Source: Rotaria socialis (lineage: Eukaryota). Taken from it: a DNA stretch of 64,000 nt. Within the stretch, counting starts at the first letter, position 1, and each line of letters begins with the position of its first letter. The position numbers were made by a program, and so were the translations under genes. The stretch is from the NCBI GenBank assembly GCA_905331295.1, contig CAJNYD010000459.1:1-64000 (forward strand), given 5' to 3'. Shown piece by piece: positions 26,576 to 40,370 of this stretch. Under the pieces are notes generated by a model that worked only from the letters and a program-made list of their open reading frames with translations, did no database searches and had not been told where the DNA came from.

Positions 26576-29500
26576 ATGGCTGACGACTCAGATGAAGAAC
26601 AAGTAGGCGAAGAACAACTAAAAGAAGAAGAAGCACTGCCACAAAAGCCCAAGAAAATTTTCATTAATCATATTGATTCGTATCATGGAAAAAATATTGC
26701 TCGTGTAAGTATCTTTTTTTCTCTCTAATCAAATCGAAACTCTTCGTTGTTTGAAGATTTTCGCACGAGCTAAACCAGGTGCAACTAGTGAAGCTGTCGA
26801 AGAAGAAGAAGCTCTTGAAGAAGAACAAGCAGAAGAGAAACAAAAGAAACTGTACGATGAACATCCAATTGAAGATGGTTGGAAAGTATCTGGAACAATC
26901 AAAAATAGTCAAGGTTATAAACGACCACCATTTATTCATGAAATTATTCAAGTATGAGCATGGGAGTAGTTTGTTCGAATCGATTTTTATCAATTTTTGC
27001 TTTTCTAGTACAAAGATCGTAACCAATTAGTTGATTCGCTAAAAGAAATGAGCGTCATCATCTACGATATCACTCAAGATCCTGAACAAGTATGACATTT
27101 TTCTATCTATTACATTTGAGTGAGTCTCGTTTGTTAACTCGTAATTGAATATTTTTAAAGATTGATGAAGCTGTATGGACTTGCCAAAAGTTAGAATCAA
27201 TGATCAACGAACTTGATCATCCAATCACATTTATTCTTCTTTCAACTGTAATGACATGGGCAAAAACGCAACCAAACGAAGTAACAACTTTACATTTTTT
27301 TCTCTTCATACATTGAAATTATTATCATATTTTTCATTAGGATGAAGTTCCATTTTCAGACGATGAATTTCGTCGTCGTCGAGCTCATCCAAATTTCAAA
27401 GAACATCATAGTGCTGAAAAATTAATTACTAAACTTGGTTTAACAAATAAAAAGAAATTAATTACTTACACTGTTGCCACCGGTTTAACATACGGAATGG
27501 AGGAAAATGTCTTGCATTACATGTTTAAAGCAGCATGGCATAATGCACCAGAAATTCAAGTGTTTGGCAAAGGTGGAAATTTCCTACCGACAATTCACGT
27601 TATTGACCTTGCTAGGTACGAATAAGAATTATAATTTTCGGCTTTAAAAACAATATTTATCCTTGTAGTGTCTTGCAAAATTTGGCTGATCGTCAATTGA
27701 AAACACGCTATATAGTTGCTGCTGATACAAGTAAAGATTCATTGATACGTATCACACGTAAAGTCAGTCAAACACTTGGAATGGGTAAAATAAAAGTAGT
27801 CGATCAAGAAGATGCTATGCTCAATCGAGATATATCGGTAAGAAATTTTCTTTCAATCTAAACGAAAGTGCACACTTGAAGGCTAATTGCACTGAAAAAA
27901 TATCCGACTCGGCTTTTTGCCGGGATCTCATAATTGTCATGGAATCGAATAGTTGATGTTCAATACTTTATGATATATTTTTTTGCTTTCAGCAAGCTGA
28001 CTATGATATGTTACTTGCCAATATGCAATTCGAACCCATCTTTATTCGCGAACAAATGAATATCAAATGGCATTGTGAAAATGGTATTACGGAAAATATT
28101 GTCAAGATTGTCGATGAATATCGTGCCCAACGAAAATTAACAGTAATTCAAAAACAAAAAAAAAAAACGTTGCTATTGAATTTCTTTTCAGCCTATCAAA
28201 ATTTGTATTCTTGGCCCACCGGCATCAGGAAAAACGACAATTGCAAAACAACTAGCACAAGAATATAAATTACATCATCTTCAAATCAAAGATGTTATTG
28301 AAGATACAAAAAATGAACTTGTAAGAAAGCAAAAAAGAAGGTGATTTTAACTGCTGAAAAATATCGTTTAGGAGCAATTAGTTAAACGTGACGGTGAGAG
28401 CGAACAAACTGAAGAAGAAGCCGACGATCAAGATACTGATGAAACATTAGCTGAACGTATTGAAGAAGCGCGAAGTATTTTAGAAAAACTTGAAGAAATT
28501 CGACGAGATTCCAAAGATGGTAACGAAAGAAAAACTTCATTTTTCTACTAGAAGCCTAATTGTTATCGTTTACAGCTCGTTTGGACGATGAAATTTTAAC
28601 ACAAATATTTAAAACAAAACTCATGTCGCCACCATGTCAAAACCAAGGTTATATTCTTGATGGTTATCCAAAAACATTTGAACAAGCACAAAGTTTATTC
28701 GGAGGTAAACTAAAAATATCCTGCAAACTTATGTTTACATTTATTTTTATTTCTTGCTTTCAGCATCTGGCGAAGAAGGTAAATAATTCAATATTTTATT
28801 AGGAAAAAAAATTTCTTTTTTCTTTTAAAACATAGAAGAAGAAGAGGGTGAAGATAAAAAACCACCAGTCAACGAACGCATCATTCCTGGTTTGTTCATT
28901 TGATTTGATTTTAAATTGAAATTAAACAATTTTACTTTGTTAGAATATGTTATTATACTTGATGCAAGTAATGAATATCTTCGTCAACGTATTATGCATT
29001 TGCCAGAAAAAGTCGTCGCTGGCACACATAATACTGAATTAGAATTTAAACGTCGTTTGAAACTTTACAACGAACTCGGTGATGATGCACATCCGGCTAA
29101 ATTTTTCGAAGATGTCGATCGACCAGGAGAAACAATCAGTAAGAATAAAAGAAAACATCTCTTTTGAACTTGAACCAAATTTGAGAAGGTCTCTGCCATC
29201 TAGATGCTTGTTGATTATCTAATATTGCAATCTCTCGACGAGGATATAAATATCAGTATCAATGAATATGATCTATGATCGTTTAGATGCGAAGACCTTC
29301 GTTGCGGATATATTTTCATTTATATCTTTGTCTATCATCTACGAGCATTTTCTTTGTGTTTGACAGAGATCGATGATGATCGAAGTGTCAATCATCGAAA
29401 TATTGTTCACAAACTTATGGAACGAGTTAAAGCACCTCATAATTATGGTCCAACACCGGAAGAACAAGAACATGCCAAACGTAAAGAATTGAATGAAAAA

Positions 29501-29904
29501 GAAAAGCGTGAGCGTGAAGATCGCGAAGAACGCGAACGAGACGAACAAGAAGCGGCTAACGATCGCATGAAAAAACAAAAGGATTGGACAACAAAATTAG
29601 AACAAATAAAACGCGAAGAATTTGAAATGCTTGACGCACAATCAACACCGTTGAGAAATTATCTTATGGCACATGTTATGCCGACATTAACAAAAGCTTT
29701 GATTGGTATAATTAGTTAGAAAATAAAATTTTCCTTATAATCGATTCATCTATTTAGAATGTTGTCAAGTACGACCCGAAGATCCAGTAGATTTTGTGGT
29801 GCGTATTTGTTTTTTTTTTCTAAATATAATTTCTCGATAGTTAATGTTCTCTGATTCTTTCTGTTTAGGCCGAGTATCTTTTCAAAAATAATCCTCAAGT
29901 TTGA
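26576..29904 (+). CDS. AK7: Adenylate kinase 7 (ciliary) with C-terminal Dpy-30 motif, multi-exon
   Basis: [41 protein letters not shown]-loop GPPASGKT (~28213), [58 protein letters not shown]. Confidence 0.95.
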
Positions 29905-30694
29905 AGTTCTTTTCTTTTTAATTCTTAATAAAACTATAAATAAAACTCAACTACAACGTACATGTAAGTCGTTTTGGCGGCATGTGGAAGTGAACCTTCA
30001 TCGATCGAACGACTCTATTGAATTTAGTTTTCTTTTCGAGAGTACTAAGCAAATATAGCATCTCATGATGAGAAAACGTTGTAACAACATTTCAGGTCAA
30101 CAATGAATATTTAATGACAGAAGGGAAGAAGAAGAAAAAAAAGTGAACTACTAACAAGTCATATTTGATTAATCATTACGGAGATGAACGTGCAAGACAA
30201 TGTGTCTGACAAGAGGAGACTTGACTCTCGCTCTTATTTCCTCTTATTTTCTACTCTTTGTTTGAGAATCTCGTATATACTAAGTATACTTTTTCTCGTC
30301 GGCGCTGCTGTGTTAATACGATGAGAGACAAAGATTATTTTTTTTCCTCTTTTTCTTATATTTCTCGTTCGTCCCCTTGCCCCATATCGTGTATTACTTT
30401 CTGGATGTAAGAAGAAGATAAATCAAACAATAAAAAAAAGCCCGACGCCATCATCGACCAGTAAAGCAAGATATTTAACTACATATACAAAACTAACATA
30501 GACCAAAACAGGTCCCATTTACGAAATACATTACTCCATATATCGCCGTCGTTTCTTTGTTGGTATCTAGCGAAGATATTTTGCGCATACGCATATCAAC
30601 ATGTAACACTCGACTTGAATGAAATGTGCAAACAAATAGTTAAGAAAATTTGGTCGATAAATTCAATCCGTCAATCAAGTTACCAAAACTAAAC

Positions 30695-32239
30695 ATGTCG
30701 ATGGAATCTTTTGAGCGTAAGTGATCGAACTGACACCTGATTCTACGTCATGCTGAGTGTTGATCTGATAATTGAGACATTAGTAATATCTTAAAATAAG
30801 TATCTTAGTGTCAAGTAGATAATAAATCGGAAAGATGGTTCCATATGGTTGTTTTGAAGAATACGACCATTTTCTATCTACTGACAATGTATTGCTTGTC
30901 TTTGTGTAACAACAAAATACTATGGAACATCTGTTGTTTATCGACAGAATAGCGTAGAGACCAAGAATAATGAGATCTATGTTGAATCAAGTTTTTTCCT
31001 TTCTTTTGTATGCTTTTTGTGCGTTATGTACGCAATAAGACATCATAAAACAATAATGAAACTGGTTATATATATATATATTGAAGAAATAGAGAATGTT
31101 AAAATGATGTTGACATAAGTTAGATATATGCTGATGTTGTTGATATTTGTTTACAATAGAGGATGTTGATGACTCGCCGATACTGCCCGCGGAAATACGT
31201 AAAGTACCAAAAAGTATCGAAGAAATCGTCCGAATTACGAAATTTAGCAAATCAGAAATACGATTACTTTACAAAGGATTTAAACAGGTATTTGTTTAGA
31301 ACTATTACCAAGTTGAAATCTATCTTGATTGTTACATATAGGAATGTCCAAATGGCGCTGTGACTCAACGAGAATTTCAAGCAATTTACTCACATTTTTT
31401 CCCTCATGGCAATTGTCAAAATTATACAACTTTTTTATTTCGTATTTTAGACCGACGGAAGCGGATGTATTTTACATTTGAAGTAATTTGTTCATATAAA
31501 TAGAAGAAGAATCAACACGGAAAGTTTTCCGCTTCTTTTTTCTCTCCCCTTTCTTGTCGCTTATTCGAGCCTTCATATTACGTCGGAATAGGGAAGCTTA
31601 GCATACTATCAATTAATTCGGAATTATTTCAGACAAGAAGAAAGAAAAAAACACGATTTTTTGAAATAGTAGTTCTATAGGAAAACAACATGAGAGATTC
31701 CGTCGGAGAGGAAACATAGACTAATAGATACGTATTGAGTTTTATGTATCTTAAGGACATATTTTCTTCGTAAAATTTAGTTTCTCGTTTGCCTTGACAT
31801 AGGATTATATCCAAACGTTATCAGTTTTGGTACGTGGTAGTATCAAGGAAAAACTTAATTGGATTTTTCGTTTCTATGATATTTATGATGACGGCAAATT
31901 GACAAAACAAGTATGATATGTTTATGTCATATTCGTCTATATTAATATGTTTATTTCTCTCAGACATTCGAAACTGTCCTTCGTTCGCTGTATGATCTGC
32001 TTGGATCGAATACATGTGTTCATCAACCAGTCACCGATGAAACCATTCAAAAACATTTAGCTCTTTTATTTGACAAACTCGATTTTCAACGGTCGGGAAG
32101 TATTAATATCGATGATTTTATAAAATATTGTTTACACGTATGTATATCATTGATTGAACAAGCAGCAATATGTTTGATTTCGTTTTAGAATGAAACATTA
32201 GTAAACGAAATTCAACTTCTCTCGTCTTCAGCAATTTAA
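30695..32239 (+). CDS. KCNIP: Kv channel-interacting protein (KChIP)-like neuronal calcium sensor, 6 exons
   Basis: Spliced translation: TKFSKSEIRLLYKGFKQ|ECPNG...IYSHFFPHG...TFE|DYIQTLSVLVRGSIKEKLNWIFRFYDIYDDGKLTKQ|...; missed by the ORF track. The first exon (MSMESFE) is less certain. Confidence 0.88.
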
Positions 32240-35039
32240 TTCAACATAAACATATTTCGTTCTGTCTTTTGTATATATTTCACCGTGTGACGCGCTATTC
32301 TTCTTCGCTGTTCGTAGAAATACATCATATGAAAACTGTATGTTTTTTTTTCACAGGCCTTCATATGTGCATCATATTATAACAAATGATGAAATCATAT
32401 GATGCGAAATTTTTTCATATATTTGAATAAAAAAATAAACATTTGGGCACGTGTAATACATATAGGTTTAATAATTCTTTGCCAATCCGTGTTTAGTATT
32501 AGATATATCTTAAGAGATGTAAACAGCTTATGCGGATTTCTCTGACCGTATTAAAAAGGCACATATGAAAAATAGATTATCTATATATCTGTCTATATTA
32601 TAGATCAACCGAAACAATTCATGGCTCTAAAAGAGCAAGATTAGCCTATGTATTGTTTTGTTAGTGATGAAACAAACTCTAAAGGCATGTTTTCCCTATA
32701 GATCATTGGTCTTAATAAGATTTGTGAACTTTATATAAAACATGTGATAAGTATGTCATTTGAGAGGATTAACCTTGAGCAGAATCTTTTTTTAATTACC
32801 GGGAATTGCTTTCATGCGGAGCTTTACTGATTAGTTTCGTCAAGACTGCAAAGCCACGAGCCAATAATAAAAATTTTTGCTAACTGATTTCCGGAATGAT
32901 TTTAATAATGTATTGTGTTAATTTAATCGACCATTTGACATTCCGAGAAGAATATAGAATGAAAAAAAATATCTGATTATTTTCTAATAACGCATGTTGT
33001 ATTTTCACAATGGATAGCCGCATCAAACAAAGTGATTGTTGTGATGGCGTTTCATTTTTGATCGAGCGACGTAATAATTAAGAACGATATGTTGGAGTCA
33101 TAGAGGAATAATGCTTCTATTGTATTGAATAGGCGAGATTGTTATCTACATCATCGTGTAACGGCGTTTATATTGTTTTGTTATCATTATTAAGAGGCCA
33201 TAGTTGAGATGAATTCTTCTCCAACTGTATCTTGAACAAAATGATTAAGTAAAAACAGAAGAAAAATAGCGAATTGCGTCATACGACAAGAAATGTGTGT
33301 CTAATTCTTTTCTAGAGAATGGCATTATGCTTGGAAAACACTTAATATGCCTATAGTTAACGATTTTAGGATTCTCTAGCATGCAATGAGTTTATCACAC
33401 GTATCTTTCATTACGATCAATGACAAAGTATTTCCCGACCATCCAATAAATCGTGTTTATCAGAAAGCAAAACTTTTTTTCAAGCTTAGAAATATGTTGT
33501 GAAATGAGGCTGCTATGATTTACGGTGTTGATATTTTAAGGTAATATTCGTAGGTACTCATATAAGCCTTTCTTATGATTTGTTCATCCTTCCAAAGCTC
33601 TCAGTGAAACATTGCCCATTAAATCCTATTTGGCAGGAATGAAAGTATACATACGGACGTTTGTTTTAGTTGCTTGCAGAAAATAATTCACATAGCATTC
33701 AGCGCAGTCGAAAGCCTACTACTTCTCATTCTGATGACTTATGAAAGTAGATTTTAAAGGGTGAAAATTATGTTCGATAGGACTTTCGGTGCATGCGGTC
33801 TAGTTTTTCACCGGGAAGTCATATAAATATCGGGTTTGCTTTTTTTATTGAAAAAAGTGTGAGCTATCGATTTGCACCCTGAAATCTTTAAATATAATTG
33901 AAGTTTCGTTTTTCTTATGCATATAGATGGTAGTCCAGTTGAACTCCACCTAGAAGCGAGATAATATCGATTGATCATTTAATTATCTATAATCAGTAGT
34001 TTTTATAGCCAATATTATTTGTTTCTTTGCCAATAAATAAATTCTGTAATGTGTTACTTCGACTGGAATAGCTATATGATTGATGTTTACACTTCGTAGT
34101 AGCACATGACGCTGACATTTGATCTGAAGTTAAAGTTGATGTGTTTTGTCACTTGTCAATAAAAGAAGGAAAAACATAATGTGTTATTATAAGTCAGTAA
34201 ACTATTCTCTATGTTGCTTTGAGAAGAATCGTTTTTTTCCGTCCAATATGACAAATATTCAAGTTTTTTTTAAGATGTCAGAAGATGAATGATGTTCTAG
34301 GCAACTGTTGGCTCCATATCCAATATGATATTCCGCAAGCTTAAGAGAAAATGGGATAGCGATGAGTCTATCTTTGGCATAAATCATTAACTAAATTTGA
34401 TTGAGCTGCAGAAGGAAATTCGAATGACGATACTATTCGTTTTGAATCAATGATTGATCTTGGCAATTAGAAAAGCTATTGAGTATGAATAGATTTTCCA
34501 GACCTTCGTCCTTATTCGCATGTAATATAGTATTTTACCATTGATAAACAAATCGCAGATGATTAAAATAAGTTCCTGACACTAGCAGATAGTACATCTG
34601 AATTAATAGAAACTCTAGTAATGTCGAATATACGTCTGCAATTGTCTTCAAGTTCAAGTACCGATCTGATATATCCCGTTCATTAGTTTGATAATAAAAA
34701 AAAAGCGTTCGTTTGTTTTTAGATATAAATCAGTACCTCGATAGAGGAAACATTTGTAGACAGCTGTTCGTGTTCCCGAGGTAATTTACTCGGGTCAAAT
34801 AACATTCGTATGAGGAACATTGTACGTAGCAAAGATTAATCTTCTAATATCATGGATACTGCTTGAATACATATCAATAATCGACAGCAGAAGAAAACAA
34901 TTTTCAATGATTACAATAGATTTATTTTTTCGAATTCATATAGCATTTTGATAATTTTCCAAAACAGATTCTATCCGGTACAATTGCTCGATTTATGATT
35001 ATAAAGATTTTAAGAGAAAAATGCGCTCCGGAAATCATT

Positions 35040-36347
35040 CTATATCCTATGAAAATTTAATCCAAACTTTCTAACCGATACCGCCAAAATGTTCGGGCCG
35101 AACAGATGAGCAAACCAAGGAATTTCATTGTATGCCAACATTGATTTGATTTGTCCATCTTTCGCAATCTGTATTAAACGTTGGTTCTCAAAATCAGCTA
35201 TAAGCCATTCATCATTCATTAGCGAGCAACATCGAATTACTTTTTCTTGAGCACATATTATGCCAAGTTGAAATGACCAAATGCAATCAAATGTTATTGA
35301 AGATTTCAAATCCATTCTAACGGTTCTATTCGTATAATTTCTCGTTAACAACAAAAGTTTCTCATTGTAGTACTTCACACTAGTGATATCTTCAGTTAGC
35401 GCACATGAGTCTGGACATTTCCACTCTCTAATTAAATTCGGTGTAGCGGATAGACTGAATTCTACAATCGATGAGCCATGTACTCGTGTTGACAGAAAAA
35501 AAGATGTATCAGAGCATGTACACGATGCCCATTTCATTTTTTTACTTGTTTCTATACGATTAATCGACATGGATTTTTCATCGACAAAATAAATATCATT
35601 CAGTTCGATCACGATAAATTGATTGGTTGCTGAAGACCAGCACATATCGAGAATTTTTCCGTGTACCCATAATGCGTTTTTGACTAATTTGAAATTTCGA
35701 TCAACTAAACATAGGTTAGGTACGTCATGAAATAATAAATATTTATCACTGCTCGTAATTGCTCTATTTGATCCATTGGAGCGAACAATTGTTTTACAAG
35801 CTGGGGAGACCGTAGACAGATCAAATTCATTGGAGCTTCTTTCATTTATACGAATAGAATTTTCATTAATTACTAATGGATCTATATTCATATGAATAAA
35901 GGTCTGATCAATTTTGTCTATTTCATTTTGAAGATGATGAATATTCGCTGTTAAACTAATAATATCTTGACGAGTTGCTTCTTGTTCACGAATAAGTTCA
36001 GTTAATCGTAATTTCAATCGTACCATTTCTTGCTCTTGTTGCTCTAGTTTTTCGGCAGCAAATCGATCAAGTTCCTGGCATTTCTCTGCAAAAACTAATT
36101 CAATTTTCTCGTGACAATCGATACGCCATTGCTCGAGTTTTTGCCGACAGTTATATGTATGCTTTTCTATATTAAAAGTCTTCAGCCGATCTCCGAGTAT
36201 ATTAATCTCATCGACAAGAGGGTTTAATTCAGAATTCAATACATCATTATGTTCATTTAAATGAGGTATGCAAACATTCTGTTGACAACAATGACACACT
36301 GCGCGTGATGCACGTTTGCATTCGTCGACAGAACACGGTTGAGACAT
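35040..36347 (-). CDS. Intronless B-box-like Zn finger + coiled coil + probable beta-propeller (TRIM/NHL-like, no RING)
   Basis: 435-aa ORF: N-terminal CSVDEC..CHCC..C..H..EH, an E/Q/K-rich helical region, then beta-rich repeats (ILDMCWS, WLIADFENQRLIQI). Confidence 0.75.
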   Translation of the reverse strand: MSQPCSVDECKRASRAVCHCCQQNVCIPHLNEHNDVLNSELNPLVDEINILGDRLKTFNIEKHTYNCRQKLEQWRIDCHEKIELVFAEKCQELDRFAAEKLEQQEQEMVRLKLRLTELIREQEATRQDIISLTANIHHLQNEIDKIDQTFIHMNIDPLVINENSIRINERSSNEFDLSTVSPACKTIVRSNGSNRAITSSDKYLLFHDVPNLCLVDRNFKLVKNALWVHGKILDMCWSSATNQFIVIELNDIYFVDEKSMSINRIETSKKMKWASCTCSDTSFFLSTRVHGSSIVEFSLSATPNLIREWKCPDSCALTEDITSVKYYNEKLLLLTRNYTNRTVRMDLKSSITFDCIWSFQLGIICAQEKVIRCCSLMNDEWLIADFENQRLIQIAKDGQIKSMLAYNEIPWFAHLFGPNILAVSVRKFGLNFHRI

Positions 36348-36677
36348 TGCATGAAATTCAAAAACGGGTTTTTATTTACGATGTCTGCAGAAACAATAAT
36401 AATAATAAAAAACAGTCTCGTTGTTTGACAAAGAACAAGAAAAAACAAATTTTTTAAAACCTATCACTTTTTTTAAGAGAATTAATCGATGTTCCATAGT
36501 AAAAATTTTATAATTTCGTATGCATTACTCGAAATAAGCAAAATAATTTTTTTTGGTTAGATGTCGCTGCTCAATGGAGGACGGTAGATAAGATTGCATT
36601 CGCTGAAAAACATCTGTTCTCTAAAAGAATCCTACTCAAGCTTCTACTGATTGGTTTTTTGAAAAGCACATGCTACC

Positions 36678-36695
36678 GAGAGAGAGAGAGAGAGA
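36678..36695. repeat. (GA)n microsatellite in the divergent intergenic region
   Basis: gagagagagagagagaga. Confidence 0.85.
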
Positions 36696-36794
36696 AGGTG
36701 TGCACTCAATTCTCAATAAAAACGTCCTCTATCTGTAAAAATATACAATTATGTCACATGATGAAAAATGTTCGATTTTTTTTATAGATTTTCC

Positions 36795-38332
36795 ATGTAT
36801 ATATTTCATATTCGGCATCTTTTTCTATGTGTAATTTTTATTTCTATCACTAATATCAATGGTGATGGTGTTCTTTATCCAGCTATATTCATTCCGGGTA
36901 ATGCAGGATCACAAATATGGGCACGCTTAAATCGTACAACACCCACGCCACATTTCTTTTGTACCCACCATTCAGATTGGTTTGAATTATGGCTTGATGT
37001 TCGTCTTTTATTGCCTGAAATTATCGATTGTTTTGTCGATAATATGCGTTTAACATACGATCCAGCAACGAAGAAAACATCGAATTTAGAAGGTATAGAC
37101 ACGCAAATACCAGGTTTTGGAGAAACATCAACAATTGAACATTTTGATTCTTCGGGATTTCCTTATTCGACTTATTTTGCACCAATTATAAAAAGTCTTG
37201 TAGCACTGGGCTATAAACGAGGATTGAATTTACGTGGAGCTCCGTAAGAACTTATTTAATTTGAATTAGTAAAGTGAGCTTATCCTATGATTAGGTACGA
37301 TTTTCGACGGGGCCTCGATGAACAAGATGACTTTTTTACGAATTTTACTCAATTGGTACTCGATACTTACGAACAAAATAATCAAACAAAAATTGTATTA
37401 GTAACACATAGTATGGGAGGTTAGTTATTCTTTCAAAAAAATAATTTTCAATATTAATTCAAACTATTCGAGGACCCTTTGCTTTATACTGGCTTCATCA
37501 ACAAAATCGTAGCTTTAAAGAAAAATATATTCGTTCAATGGTGAATATTGCAACACCATGGGGTGGTGCTGTGAAAGCTCTTCGTTTGATGGCTAGTGGT
37601 GATAATATTGATGTAAGATATTCTGACTAGTCTGAATCTTTTCAAAATCCATAGAAGTCAAGAAGATGTTCCTCTGTAGGAAATCGTAACTCTATTCTCT
37701 TTTTAAATTCCGTTGAGTCTATAATATTGCGAGGAAAAATTTGAACCGATAAATCCTTGGTCATGTGTGACGAAAGCACTGAATATTCTTTAAAATTTGA
37801 TGAGCGTTCATTTCAGATACATGGCGTTTCACCGATTCGTATTCGTCCTTATCAACGTTCTGCACCTTCGACTGCATTCGTAATGCCAAGCGTGAATTTT
37901 TGGGGAGAAGATGAAACAATTGTAGTCTCACCCAAACGTAATTATACAGTCAATGATTTCAAGGAATTTTTCGATGATATCGAATTTCCGACCGGATATG
38001 AATATTGGCTTAATAATAAAGATTTATTGCAAGAATTAACGCCTCCTGAAGTTGAGCTGCATGAAATCTACAGTTTACAAATGCCCACGCCGGGTGTTCT
38101 TCTCTATAATAATCGCACGTTTCCAGATATTCAACCAGTTATTTTACCTGACGATGGTGATGGAACAGTAAATAAAAGAAGTTTGCTTGGATTTAAAAAC
38201 TGGGAGGGAAAACAAGAACAAGATATTCTTTCATTAGAATTGGTGGGTGTCGAACATTTAGCTATTTTAAGACATCCGACAACTGTCAATTATGTCAAAC
38301 AAGTCGTAACAGGTCAATTTGACCAAAAATGA
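36795..38332 (+). CDS. PLA2G15: Group XV (lysosomal) phospholipase A2 / LCAT family, 4 exons
   Basis: Signal peptide, IPGNAGSQI, DCFVDNMRL, LRGAP|YDFR, nucleophile motif THSMGG, PWGGAVK, DGDGTVN and EHLAIL give a complete catalytic triad. Alternative ATG at 36768. Confidence 0.92.
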
Positions 38333-38563
38333 ACTGTTTAATTTAATATTTTTTTTTGTATATTTCCGACTATAAAAATTGCCATGTCTATTTTTATAAC
38401 CACTCCGCTCTGTTTGTATATATTTATTTGCATTGTACATAGGAAGAAAAAACGCCTGCATAATTGAAATCTCCACTTTTTTCTCGTGTTATAAATTTTT
38501 TTTGTAAAATAAAAAAAAATGTCAAATTAACATAGCCTAAGAACTATGGACTAATATTTTACT

Positions 38564-40081
38564 ATGATTGAACCAAGAGAAAAGATCATGCTTTTATGCA
38601 AGCATCAAGACCGAATGATTCGGGTTAGATTCTTTTAGCTTTTCAAGACTAGTACGGTATGTTTCAGCTATTCAGGCGAACAATGATTTCTCTTTGTAAT
38701 CAAAAATCTTGACCGGAAATTTAGAATCTTACTTTTCAGATGTTTATCCACGATACACCAGCAGCATTTTACGGAAGAGGTATCAAAATAACACATGATG
38801 CACTTGAAGTTCGTTGCTGGCGCGTTAGATTTCATAAGTGATGATTCTGTTTTTAATAGAAATGGTATTTAGAATTTGATAGTAGTAAAGAAGAATTTGA
38901 AAAATATCTACTAAATCAAACATTCGATAATCCATTATTTGCCTGTTGGTCTCTTCGTGTTAAATATCGAGAAACATCTATTAAAACAATAATCGCGTGG
39001 GTAAGATTGTTTGACTTAAACTTCTATGATTAATTATATAATTACCAAAAGAATTGTTTCTACAAGCAGAATTTTTGATATGTGAGAGATTGTATTTTAA
39101 ATTTAGCTTGAAAAACGTGATAGTACTGAAGTTAACAGTCGATGGTATGACTTGATCGTCGAGCTGGCAAGTCGAGGAGCTTGCGAACAAGATTGGTGTC
39201 ACACTATTTATATTCTTGTAAGTAAGCATTAGCATTCAAAGGAAATCTCATATGAAAATATTAGGATAACAATCAATGTGTGATTCATCGGCAAACTACA
39301 GCATTGCTTAGTCATGGTCTAACTGGTCTTTCGAATTGGCCTGCATCAATATCTCTTGGCGATTATCTAATGAAAAGAATCGACCGTCTCGGAAATAAGT
39401 AATAATTTTAGAAATTATTATTGAATGATTTTTATTGACTTTTCTAGACGTATTATTGAGTTAGGTGCTGGATCGGGTCTACTTGGTTTAGCTCTATTGA
39501 AATCTTCCGATAAAATTCTCTCGTATACCTTTACTGATTATTCTTCAATGATTTTGAATTTATTACGGCAAAATGTTTTATTGAATTTTTCAGAAGATGT
39601 CGAACTGAATGTAATGAGAGGAATTTAATATCAATGATTTGCGATAATTTATTTAGTTTAGGAACGAGTCAAGATCGAAGAATTAGATTGGAATCAATAT
39701 TCAGCTGACGAGAGTAATCGCGATTGTTATGATGTGGTTTTAGCTACAGGTAAGTTCGCATATTGCTGTCTATCACATGAATCCTATTTTCTTCACCATC
39801 AGATGTGGTTTATGATCCATCGGTAATTGAAAATTTAGTCAAAGTACTAAAAATTCTTCTAGAAAATAATAAACAATCTTCTGCTTATGTCGCCAATGCT
39901 ATTCGTAATGAATCAACGTATGATCAATTTCGACAAGCATTAAGTATTTCATTTTCATATCAAAAGAAAATATTCTTGTTTGTTTTTTTTCTCTCTAGAC
40001 CAATCATCATTGAATATTTGTTCGATTGAAACAGACAATTTACAATCTATTGAAATTCTTCAACTAACTGCTCTGCCTTGA
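38564..40081 (+). CDS. EEF2KMT: Protein-lysine methyltransferase, family 16 (EEF2KMT/FAM86-like), multi-exon
   Basis: LLSHGLTGLSNWPASISL, motif I IIELGAGSGLLGL, YTFTD, EELDW, VVLAT|DVVYDP, IRNESTY. First exon less certain. Confidence 0.82.
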
Positions 40082-40370
40082 ATTAATAAATAAAAGTCGG
40101 TAGTCTGATCTACGTAATGCAATAGGCGATTTGCAGCTTTTTATGCTGCCAAACAGTCAAATCATAATTCCTCAGTTGATATTCAAAAATAATAAGAATT
40201 TTTGCGAAACAGGCTCACGGAATCGAGCGATACTCAGAAATAACACCAACTAAGAATATCACCGCTCGTGTTCTCAAGGAATACCAATGCATTTTCAAGA
40301 TCTACCCTACTAATATCGAACTGACTTTTCGAGTTCGGTTCGTTTTCGCTCTCTGGTACTCACGGCCGAG

